A DNA stretch of 64,000 nt from Hypanus sabinus. Taxonomy: Eukaryota. Below the pieces are notes generated by a model, which did not search any database, was not told where the DNA came from, and saw nothing but the letters and a program-made list of their open reading frames with translations. The position numbers and the translations under genes are program-made. Shown in pieces: positions 12,748-23,060 of the stretch (position 1 is the stretch's first letter; every line of letters begins with the position of its first letter). The stretch lies in assembly GCF_030144855.1 (NCBI RefSeq), contig NC_082706.1, positions 115,382,001 to 115,446,000 of the forward strand. Direction: 5' to 3'.

Positions 12748-13799
12748 TTTTTTTTTTGAAAACTTTTTTTATTACGTTTTTAAATGATTACAGAGTAAAG
12801 TATGGAAAAAAAATGTTTATAACCCTTCCCCCTCCCCTTAACCTCTCCCCCCTAACTTCCCTATAAAAAAACAAAATACCCCCCTACTAATTTTTGATTT
12901 TGATCATCTTCAGATCTTGGCCTTAAGGCTCTGTGCACCCTTTCAATCTCAATTGAAGTTTCTTCTCCCATTTCCAATTTTTTAGGGATCCATTTTTGAA
13001 AAAAGTTTATTGGGTATCTTCGGTATCTTCTTTAAGTCCAACAATTTTAATATTATTGTGTCTACTAAAATTTTCAAGCTTATCAATTTTTTCCACAAGT
13101 TGTTTTCTTTCTGATGTCCAGGCATTATTATCATCTTCCATTTCCTTCATTCTTCCACCCATATCTTCCATTTTAATTTCCAAATCTGTAATTTTCTTTT
13201 CCATTTTTTCCTGTTTCTTTGTCATTTTATCAAACATACTATTTTTTCTTAATTATTTTTGGTTACTTTTAATGCTTTTAATTTTTCTAATTTATGCATT
13301 ATTTGCCTCAAAGTCTGTTTTGTATCTTCAGAGGAACTTTCATCTCCATCTTCGTCTGATTTTTCCAGAGAATCTGACTCTCTCTCAGATTCACTTTCAC
13401 TTTCGGTTTCAGTCGCAGCTGAGATTTGTAGTTCTGGTTGCTCTCATTTGCGCATGCTCGTTCCTTTACGCTTGCGCAATTCTCGTTGATCTTGTCCTTT
13501 AGAAATGGCCGATGCTGCCGCAGTTTCCTGTTCTGTTTCGCCGGTGATGTATTGTACCTGAGTCCGCGGTTCTTCGGTAGAAGTAGGCCTTGATTCTGTT
13601 CCAACTTGAACTGTCTTCACGGTAGTACTTTTCTTCGTCCTCTGTTTATGAAGCATAGCTTAAAACAATCGGAGTAGTTTATAAGTAACCTTAAGAAAGT
13701 ATTGACTAACTTTTCTTCACTTAAACATTAATTTATTGATTTTTTACGGGAGAGCTGGGTTCCAGCGTCTCGATCCTACGTCATCATGTGACGTCCCCC
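12748..13799 (-). mobile_element. internally deleted L1 (5' UTR + partial ORF1 + short 3' UTR + polyA; no ORF2)
   Basis: ORF1p coiled coil followed by LENFSRHNNIKIVGLKE and, after a frameshift, IEIERVHRAL; AATAAA then A-tract at 12748-12757 (T on plus); 5' end GGGGGACGTCACATGATGACG abuts TSD. Confidence 0.85.
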
Positions 13800-14136
13800 G
13801 AGCACACAGCCTTGTGGGGATCCAGTGCTCAGTGTGATGGAGTCCGAGATGTTCCTGCCAACACGGACTGACTGTGGTCTCTCTGTCAAGAAATCCAGAA
13901 TCCAGCGACACATGGCAGTGTTAAGGCCAAGCAACGACAGTTTCTCCACTAGTCTCTGCGGGATGATGGTATTGAATGATGAACTGAAATCAATGTACAG
14001 GATTCTGACATAAGTGCCTTTATTATCCAAGTGACAGAGAACTGTGTGCAGTGTGGTGGATATTGCGTCCTCTATAGAGCGGTTGGGACGATAAGCAATC
14101 TGTAGAGGATCCAGCGATGAGGGGAGGCTGGCTGTG

Positions 14137-14353
14137 TGATGCACCATCAATAACTCTCTCTGAGACGTAAAGGCCAGATATCGGCTTTTATTGACGGGAA
14201 GAAGGAACAAGCAGTGAGTGACCATCATACTACATCCTGGAGACTGAGCGGCCGGGGTCAGGCCTCAATCGCCTTTATACCGGGGTCTGTGGGAGGAGCC
14301 ACAGGAGCAGTCAGCAGGGGGCGTGTCCAGGCAGGTATATGTAGTTCACCACA
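14137..14353 (-). repeat. 3' LTR (217 bp)
   Basis: About 11 substitutions + 1 indel versus 18350-18567 by eye; preceded on the sense strand by PPT AAAGGGGGGGTGAA (14354-14367). Confidence 0.95.
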
Positions 14354-14414
14354 TTCACCCCCCCTTTGTTTTAAAAAGAGAGTCCCCAAGTGGCGAAGTT
14401 TCTTACAAGTATAT

Positions 14415-17400
14415 TTACAGGTTAAGTCTATCAGGTGGTCGAATCTGTCGCTGCGATCTACGTAGCACCGGCTGTGATTGCACAGGAGCCGGTGGTGATT
14501 GCACCAGAGACGGAGATTGTGCTGGTTCCGGCCTAACTGGAGGTGTCAGCCCACTAGGCGTCAGTGATCCCTCACGCGTGTGTGAGGTGCCTGGTATATA
14601 CGCGTACGAGATGCCTGGTATAGGAGTGTTGTGAGGGGTCTGTGTAGGGCTTGGTGTGCGTGGTGTCACCTCGGGTACAGGGTTCATAGTTACCGTGGAG
14701 TGTTCGGGGTAGTGTTCTGCTGCTCCTGCAGGCACCAGGTCACGGACGGAGACCATATCCTCCCGCCCATCAGGTAAGACCACGTAGGCATACTGGGGGT
14801 TCGCATGTAGAAGGTGAACCCTCTCGACCAGCGGGGAGTATTTATTGCTCCTCACATGTTTCTGGAGCAGCACTGGCCCTGGGGACATCAGCCAAGCTGG
14901 TAGGGTGGTCCCAGTGGCAGACTTCCTGGGAAAAGAGAATAGGCGCTTGTGAGGGGTGGCATTGGTGGACGTACATAGCAGGGAGCGGAGAGAGTGGAGT
15001 GCCTCGGGGAGGACCTCCTGCCATCAAGAGACTGGCAACCCTTTTGACTTAAGGGCTAAAAGTGTGGTCTTCCACACTGTGGCATTCTCCCTCTCCACCT
15101 GTCCATTTTCCCGGGGATTATAACTCGTGGTCTGACTAGTAGCAATGCCCCTAGCCAGCAGGTACTGGCGCAGCTCGTCACTCATAAAGGATGACTCTCT
15201 ACCACTGTGGATATAGCAGGGATATCCGAACAGAGTGAAGAGCTGGCGCAGGGCTTTTATGACGAACGTGGTAGTGGTGTCGGGGCAGGGGATGGCAAAG
15301 GGGAACCGCGAGTACTCGTTGATAATATTGAGAAAATAGACATTGCGGTCGGTGGAGGGAAGGGGGCCCTTAAAGTCAACACTCAGTCGCTCAAAGGGGC
15401 GGGTGGCCTTGACAAGTTGCACCTTTTCAGGATGGTAGAAGTGCGGTTTGCACTCAGCGCAGTCTTGGCAGTCCCTGGTCATCGTCCTGATGTCCTCCAG
15501 GGAGTACGGCAGGTTCCGGGTTTTCACGAAATGGTAAAATCGCGTGACCCCCGGGTGGCAAAGATGTGCATGGAGGGCGTATAGCTGGTCAAGCTGTGCG
15601 CTAGCACATGTTCCCCGGGATAGGGCATCAGGGGGCTCATTGAGCCTTCCAGGCCGGTACAGGATATCATAGTTGTAGGTGGAGAGTTCTATTCTCCACC
15701 GCAGAATTTTATCATTTTTGATTTTGCCCCGCTGTTGGTTGCTGAACATGAACGCAACTGAGCACTGGTCGGTCAACAAGGTGAACCTTTTGCCGGCGAG
15801 ATAGTGCCTCCTGTGCCTAATAGCCTCCACTATGGCCTGGGCTTCTTTCTCCACCGCGGAGTGCCGAATTTCAGAGCCTTGAAGGGTACGAGAAAAGAAT
15901 GCTACTGGCCTGCCTGCCTGATTAAGGGTAGCAGCCAGCGCGAAATCGGAGGCGTCACTCTCTACTTGGAAGGGAATGGTCTCGTCCACCGCATGCATCG
16001 TTGCTTTGGCAATGTCCCCTTTAATGCAGCTGAAGGCCACGCAGGCCTCAGCAGAGAGGGGAAAAGTGGTAGACTTGACCGGGGGCGTGCCTTGTCTGCG
16101 TAATGGGGGACCCATTGGGCGTAATAGGAAAAGAAGCCCAGGCACCGTCTGAGGGCTTTGAGGGTGGTGGGAAGAGAGAGTTCTAACAGGGGGCGCATCC
16201 AGTCGGGATCAGGGCCAATGACCCCGTTTTCCACGACATACCCAAGGATAGCGAGTCGGGTGGTTCCGAACACACACTTGTCCCTGTTATAAGTAAGGTT
16301 CAGGGCTTCGGCCACTTGGAAAAATCGTTGGAGGTTGGTGTTGTGATCCGACCAGTCGTGACCACAGATGGTGATGTTATCCAGATAGGGAAATGTGGCC
16401 TTCAGTTGGCACTGGTCCACCATCCGGTCCATTTCCCTCTGGAAGACCGAGACACCATTTGTGACACCAAATGGGATGCGCAAGAAGTGATAGAGCCTGC
16501 TGCCCGCCTCGAAGGCGGTGTAGGGGCGGTCCTCTGGGTGGATGGGGAGCTGGTGATAAGCGGATTTCAGATCTATTGTCGAGTACACCTTGTACTGAGC
16601 TATCTGGTTGACCATATCTGCGATGCGGGGTAGGGGGTACGCGTCAAGCTGCGTGAACCTATTGATGGTTTGACTATAGTCCACAACCATCCTATTTTTC
16701 TGCCCGGTCCAAACAACAACCACCTGGGACCGCCAAGGGCTTGTGCTTGGCTCAATGATCCCCTCCCTGAGCAGCCGCTGCACCTCTGACTGAATGAAGG
16801 CCCTGTCCCCCGTGCTGTACCTTCTGCTTTTAGTTGCCACAGGTTTACAGTCGGGGGTCAGGTTGGCAAACAGCGGTGGGGGAGGGATCTTGAGGGTGGA
16901 GAGGCTGCAAGTGGTGTCAGTAGCGCAGCTGTCGGCATGGTGTTGGGTGGGATGTGTGGTTCGGTGTGTGTGTGTGTGTGGTCAGTAGCTGGGTATATGA
17001 CGAAGTCCCACAGAACTGAGGATTCCTGACAGTGAGTGGTGGGAGGGGCCCGTCAAATGCCATAGTCACACTTTCGAGGTGGCTCTGGAAGTCCAGCCCC
17101 AATAGCACAGGTGCGCACAGTTGAGGCATGATCAGTAGCGCAAAGTTCTGATATTCTGTGCCCTGCACCACCAATGTTGCTACACAACCCACCCGGATGT
17201 CTGTGGAATGCGACCCAGAAGCCATGGTGACCCTCTGGCATACCGGCTGTGTCACGAGTCCGCAGCGTTGCACTGTGTCCGGGTCAATAAAACTCTCAGT
17301 GCTGCCCGTGTCAAACAGGCAGCTAGTCCTGTGCCCCTCCACCAGGATGTCCATCATTGACCTTGCAAGCTGGTGTGGGGCGCTTTGGTCAAGGGTTATG

Positions 17401-17420
17401 GAAGCCAGAGTTGAACTGCC
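14415..17420 (-). pseudogene. pol: Gypsy pol (protease, RT, RNase H, integrase), disrupted
   Basis: LFDTGSTESF (PR); YPLPRI, DLKSAYHQ, IPFG, YLDN (RT); ESDASD, EKEA, LTDQ, PPDALSR (RNase H); H..CHPG..C..C, VDFKG, NGQVER (IN; second catalytic D appears mutated in HSGRE); ends RRSQRQIRPPDRLNL; several frameshifts and a stop. Confidence 0.95.
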
Positions 17421-17559
17421 ATCTTGGTGCCCAGTAAGCACCGGTGGGTAGGGGGCGGGGCACGTTGGCGCTGACAAAGATGGCCGCCCCCATGCCTCGC
17501 ACAAGGTGGGCAGGCAAGATGGCGGCCCCCATGCCTCACACGCAGCGCTACCCGACGCC

Positions 17560-18323
17560 GCTTGTGGTTTAGACTTACAGACCTTGGCAAAATGGCCCTT
17601 CTTCCTGTAGCTGGAGCAGGTCGCTTCTTGGGCAGGGCAGCGTTTTCAGGGGTGCTTTTCGAGTCCGCAGAAGTAACACTGCGCGGGCTTCCGACTGGCC
17701 GCAGCTGTGGTCGGGTTCGGGGAGTTTGTGGAATCGCGACTGGCAGCAGCGTTGGTGAATTCGCTTGCGGGAACCAGTGGGGGAATCGTGCGGCTGGACA
17801 GCGTCAGCGTTGTGCAGAGCAGCCTCCAGCGTGTCAGCCATCTCGATCGCCGAGCGTAAGGTAAGATCGCCATTTTCCAGCAGCCGCTGACACACATACA
17901 CTGACCTGATTCCTGTGACAAAGGCATCTCGTACCAAGAGTTCCGCATGCTGTTCCGCCGTGAGAGTTTTGCCGTCACAAGTCCTGACGAGTGTCTGTCG
18001 GGCTCGGAGAAACTGGGCGCTCGACTCTGCAGGCCGCTGTCGTCGGGTAGCTAAGCGATGTCTTGTGTAGACGGTGTTCACCGGCCACAGGTACTGTCTT
18101 TTGAGGGCATCCAGTGCCCCTTCGTAGGTCGACAGGCCCCTGATAAGTGAGTAAACTTTTGGGGTGACCCTCGAGAGGAGAATTGGTGCATAACAGCGGG
18201 GTCAGTTGCATGAACCTCCTCCAAGTATGATTGGAAGCATGCAAGCCAGAGTTCAAAGGCAAGAGCTGCTTCAGGGTCTTGAGGGTCCAAATCCAATCTT
18301 TCCAGACGTAAAACGCTTTCCAT
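17560..18323 (-). pseudogene. gag: Gypsy gag, disrupted, with two zinc knuckles
   Basis: ATG at 18323; RHRLATRRQ, LVRDAFVTGI; CYFCGLEKHP*KRCP and degenerate CSSYRKKGHFAKVC. Confidence 0.9.
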
Positions 18324-18349
18324 GTTTTAAAACTTCCAGTCAATAAAAT

Positions 18350-18567
18350 TGATGCACCAGCAATAACTCTCTCTGAGATGTAAAGGCGAGATATCGGCTT
18401 TTATTGACTGGAAGAAGGAACAAGCAGTGAGTGACCACCATACTACATCCTGGAGACTGAGAGCCCGGGCTCAGGCCTCAATCGCCTTTATACCGGGGTC
18501 TGTGGGAGGAGCCCCAGGAGCAGTCAGCAGAGGGGCGTGTCCCGACAGGTATATGTAGTTCACCACA
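18350..18567 (-). repeat. 5' LTR (218 bp)
   Basis: Sense strand has TATAAA (18492-18487), Inr-like TCAGT (18460-18456), AATAAA (18405-18400). Confidence 0.95.
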
Positions 18568-18979
18568 CTGTGATAATGAGGCTTGACCAACCGATCAAAA
18601 CATTTCATCACTATGGGGGTCAGGCTGACGGGACGGTAATCATTCAGACAGGCTACAACTGATTTCTTTGCTACAGGGATGATTGTGGAGGTTTTGAAGC
18701 ATCTGGGGACAATGGGGTGACTAAGGGAGATGTTGAAAATGTCTGTCAGGACATCTGCTAATACATCAGCACATTCCTTGAGCACACGTCCAGGGATGTT
18801 GTCGGGACCTCCCGCTTTTCGTGGGTTGACCCTGGCGAGGATCCTCCGTGTGTGCTCTGAATCAATGATTGGAGCCGGCTGGTCAGATGGTAAGAAGGGA
18901 CTGGCTCTCCCCCTTGCTTTGATGCTTCGAAGTGTGCAAAGAAATTGTTGAGCCTGTCTGGAAGGGAGGCGTCGCTCAG

Positions 18980-19360
18980 TCCAGAAGCACTGATTCTCGA
19001 GTGGGCTCAACCATGAGCTGCTATAAAAAAAACATCTTGTAGGTACTCTAGAAATTCCCCCACCCCTGTAATCCAGCACCAACCTGATGTTCCCAATATA
19101 CCTGCCTATGGAAGTCCCCCATGACTACTGTAACATTGCTCTTTTGGCATGAGTTTTCTATTTCCCACTGTAATTTGTAGACTTACTACTGTTCTGTGAT
19201 CTGTATGCAACTCCCAACAGGGTCTTTTAACCCTTGCAGTTCCTTAGCTCTATCCACAATGATTCAACACCTTTACAATGATTTGATTTCATTTTCTACC
19301 AACAGAGCAATGGCGCCACCTCTGCTTTCTTGCTTATCCTTTCAATTCAAAGTGTATTTA
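18980..19360 (-). mobile_element. CR1 endonuclease-region fragment (other half)
   Basis: Minus strand VMGDFH...EFLE....FF..LMVEPT-like; joins 10955-11258 when the Rex1-like insert is removed. Confidence 0.68.
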
Positions 19361-19959
19361 ATCTAATACATGTTTTACTTAACTTTCTTCAGTTTCAAAA
19401 AGTTTTCTCATTAAAAACCTTGAAGAAAGCTTCCCTCTCGGATACTTTTTTCAGAAGGTATTTAACTCCCTGTCTAGCTTTGTACGCAACACACTGAGTG
19501 CAATTGATTTGTTTTGACTTCAAGGTGTTTAGTGTTTGTCATTTACATTTCATGAACTGAAGACTGACTTCACTTTACAACCTGAAGTCAAACAACTGTT
19601 AGTTGAAAGTTTACTTGCTATCTGTTTGTGATCTTACATGTAGCAGATGTTGTGTTTAGAAAGCAAGCTTTTAGCACCAGCTAGGAAGTGAATATCCATT
19701 ACAAGTGCATGGGCCACAGTGAGTTAGAATGGGACATTAAGAGTTCATCTTTAAACGGTACATTCAGGAGTCTATAACAGTACAATGGAAGCTCTCTTAG
19801 CACCTAGTGGTATGTATTTCCCAGCTTCTGCACTGTTTCATCTCCAGTGAATTTAAAATGCACTCTTCTCTTTATGAGAAGAATTTTCTTCAATGCTCTT
19901 CTGTAGGTTCATGGATGACTCAGAAACCTGAATGCAGAAGGGAAGAGGCTCGCCTTAAA

Positions 19960-20420
19960 ATTCTGCATGTGGGTCATTAGGCTCTTGCACCTCCTCGCTG
20001 ATGGTAGTAATGGATTGTCCCGGACAGTGAAGTTCCTTCATAATGGATGCTGCCTTCTTGAGCCACCACCTTTTGGAGATGTCCTTGACGGTGGGGAGTC
20101 TTGTAGGGTTGATAGAGCTAGCTGCTGTACAACCCTCTGCAGCCTGTGCATTGGAGCCTCCATGCCAAACGACAATGGAACCAGTCAAAAAGCTCTCCAT
20201 GGTACGCCTCTAGAAATTTGATGACATACAACTCTCCTCAAACTCCCAATAAAGTAAAGTAAGTAAATGGTGTACATTCTTCGTATTTGCATCAATATGT
20301 TGGGCCCAGGATAGATCCTCTGAGATACTGATGTACAGGAACTTGAAGCTGTTCACTCTTTCCACCACTGGCCCCTCAATGAGGAATTGTGCGTATTCTC
20401 CTGACTTCCCTTTACTGAAG
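19960..20420 (-). mobile_element. Rex1/Babar-like LINE fragment
   Basis: ESFLTGSIVVWHG, KKAASIMK motifs; SFKFL upstream. Confidence 0.7.
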
Positions 20421-20662
20421 TGACTTTACACAGAAGCATATTCCCAGGTTCGGTAAGTGAGACAGAAAACACTGATTACAAGTAAGTACATTAACCGCTT
20501 ATTGACTGACAAGCAGTAAACCACTCAATCAAGTCAAACAAGTACTCATCTATGCCACCCTAACAAAACCAATGACACTAAACATTCAGTAACACTTCAA
20601 ACTCAACAGGCACTTTGTAAGTGTCTCCAAGTTACACAACTACAAAACGAAACTTTCAAAAA

Positions 20663-21214
20663 NNNNNNNNNNNNNNNNNNNNNNNNNNNNNNNNNNNNNN
20701 NNNNNNNNNNNNNNNNNNNNNNNNNNNNNNNNNNNNNNNNNNNNNNNNNNNNNNNNNNNNNNNNNNNNNNNNNNNNNNNNNNNNNNNNNNNNNNNNNNNN
20801 NNNNNNNNNNNNNNNNNNNNNNNNNNNNNNNNNNNNNNNNNNNNNNNNNNNNNNNNNNNNNNNNNNNNNNNNNNNNNNNNNNNNNNNNNNNNNNNNNNNN
20901 NNNNNNNNNNNNNNNNNNNNNNNNNNNNNNNNNNNNNNNNNNNNNNNNNNNNNNNNNNNNNNNNNNNNNNNNNNNNNNNNNNNNNNNNNNNNNNNNNNNN
21001 NNNNNNNNNNNNNNNNNNNNNNNNNNNNNNNNNNNNNNNNNNNNNNNNNNNNNNNNNNNNNNNNNNNNNNNNNNNNNNNNNNNNNNNNNNNNNNNNNNNN
21101 NNNNNNNNNNNNNNNNNNNNNNNNNNNNNNNNNNNNNNNNNNNNNNNNNNNNNNNNNNNNNNNNNNNNNNNNNNNNNNNNNNNNNNNNNNNNNNNNNNNN
21201 NNNNNNNNNNNNNN
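20663..21214. other. assembly gap (552 N)
   Basis: Run of N. Confidence 1.
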
Positions 21215-21389
21215 AGCAGACTTTCCCAATGGTTCTTCAGCATTGGTTACAGCCTCAATGTGAAGATGAGCCCCTTCTTTCATTCTTTCGCATGTACCCC
21301 TGATGTCCCCAGAACCGGAAGCCTACCAATGGAGAAGAACTGCTACATCCTTCAAACAGCTGGCACGATGGAAGCAGCTTTTGATGAGC

Positions 21390-21645
21390 AAGTAAGCCAA
21401 CCTTTCACATTACTAGTCCATAATCAATTCCCTACTTTTGCTGATGTTGAGTTGTTGCAGCAACTCCACTCAACCAACCAACTTAGCTCATCCCTGTACA
21501 CCTTCTCTTTGCATTTGAGATTTTGCCAACAACTGCGGTGTTTTCTGCAAGTTTATAGACTACTTTTGATTTGTGTCTAGCCAGTGTCATGTGTGTAGAG
21601 AGAGTAGAGCAGTGGGTTAAGCATGCATCCTTGAAGTGCACCTGG
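21390..21645 (-). mobile_element. Rex1/Babar-like RT fragment
   Basis: Decayed QGCMLNPLLYSLYTHD and LVEWSC..LN.SK motifs on the minus strand. Confidence 0.65.
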
Positions 21646-22914
21646 AAATATCTTCTTAAATCTTTTCTTTACCACTTGTGTGATCACTTTCTTCTGAGAA
21701 TATTTTAAGAGCACAACAACAATGTTTAACTTGTGCACATCTATTCAATTCTTAAGGCAAGGAAGGAATGTATACCAAATGCCATCTTACTTTCTTTTCT
21801 ATCTATCCTATTATGCTCATAGATATATAGACAAGCAGGATTCTTCCATTCTACTTTTCCAAGTATCCTACCAATTATTGTATTGTTTACCATTCATCAA
21901 GTTTATCACCTAATGCTTACTTATAATAAGGTTTTAGGTAATGCACTTGAAGGAAGAAATAATCAATTTTCCCGCTATCACAGCCAGACCATTAATAAAT
22001 TCCTAGTCTACAACCTTCTTCCTCCAACCCTGCAAGAATTTCTGTTTCAATTTCTTCATCCAGAAGTGGATATCACAAAACTGAAGTGTAAATGAAAATA
22101 ATCCATTTCAAGTAATCACAGGAACAGCCATTGATCATTATCCTTTGTGCCTGGGTCCAGTTTGGATTGTTTGCGTCATTTTAGCTTTACTGTTCAATCC
22201 ACTGTGACACACAGTTAGCCTCAGCTGGCCTCCTTATTATGGACACAGAAAGCTCGAGCAAATTGGCTGAAATTTGAGTTAGTAACTCCATGTTGACTGC
22301 CCTTGATTATCAGAAGCTGTCCAACATCCTACATCTTGACAGATGAAAGAACATGCTGTAGTCACCTCATGAATAGCGTGAGACATGTTGCCAACATGTG
22401 AGAGGCTGACACATCAGAGTTAATCATTCAGGTTCATGTCATTTTTATCACCTTTCCAAAGATGTCACTCCAAAGGAGAGCAACCTTTTCCTCAGATATT
22501 ACCTGACTTGCAGAAATATTATCCATTCTGTTAAAAATTGAGGTTTTTACAACCTACTGTATTTGGTTTGGATTTAAAAAAAAAATTCCCTTGCTATTTT
22601 TTGCTTGTGCTTTACCTTATCCATCTATATTTCTTTTGTAATTTTACCCTTGCACTCTTTATGCTCCAGAGCTTCTATAGGCTGAGGTCTCGGTAACCAA
22701 CCTAGACTTCCCTTTATAACCTATTCCTCCCCGACACCATGTGTGTCATCACAATTCCAGCTTAACTTGAAACTGAAATGATTTAGTATTAGCGAGTGTG
22801 AGCTAAAGGAGACCGGCAGACACGTGGGGCTCATTGGCGACATTCCTGCATTTTGCTGGAGCCCTACTCCCAGTTCATGCACATCAGGAAATTGTATTCA
22901 CCCAATGCAAAGGA

Positions 22915-23060
22915 CAGGGAGGAGGAGGAGGGGCTGGGGTAGGGAGGGAGGGGATGAGGGAGAGTAAGGGGGAGGGGGAGAGGGAGGGAGGGAGATAGAG
23001 AGAGAGTGTGTGTGTGTGTGTGTGGGTATGTGTTTGAGACAGAGAGAGAGCGAGAGAGAG
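22915..23060. repeat. compound G-rich / (GA)n / (GT)n microsatellite tract
   Basis: GGA and GGGA runs, (GT)n at about 23006-23023, (GA)n to 23060. Confidence 0.85.

Larger units (their letters stand above)
14137..18567 (-). mobile_element. full-length Gypsy/Ty3 LTR retrotransposon (Mag-like), frameshifted
   Basis: Two TG..CA LTRs, 5-bp TSD CTGTG (14132-14136, 18568-18572), polypurine tract next to the 3' LTR, gag-PR-RT-RH-IN order. Confidence 0.97.
11259..18979 (-). mobile_element. Rex1/Babar-like LINE in three pieces (11259-12242, 13800-14136, 18568-18979)
   Basis: Collinear RT motifs: [32 protein letters not shown] (18.6-18.9 kb), [20 protein letters not shown] (13.8-14.1 kb), SPLLF..KFADD..TKEMIVDFR..KFLGVQI (11.5-12.2 kb); 3' UTR ends at about 11260. 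Confidence 0.92.

Noticed and set aside
14415-18323. Active Gypsy gag-pol gene
   Set aside because: Multiple frameshifts, stops and a mutated integrase catalytic Asp; called a pseudogene
20603-21580. ORFs spanning X runs
   Set aside because: Artefacts of the N gap
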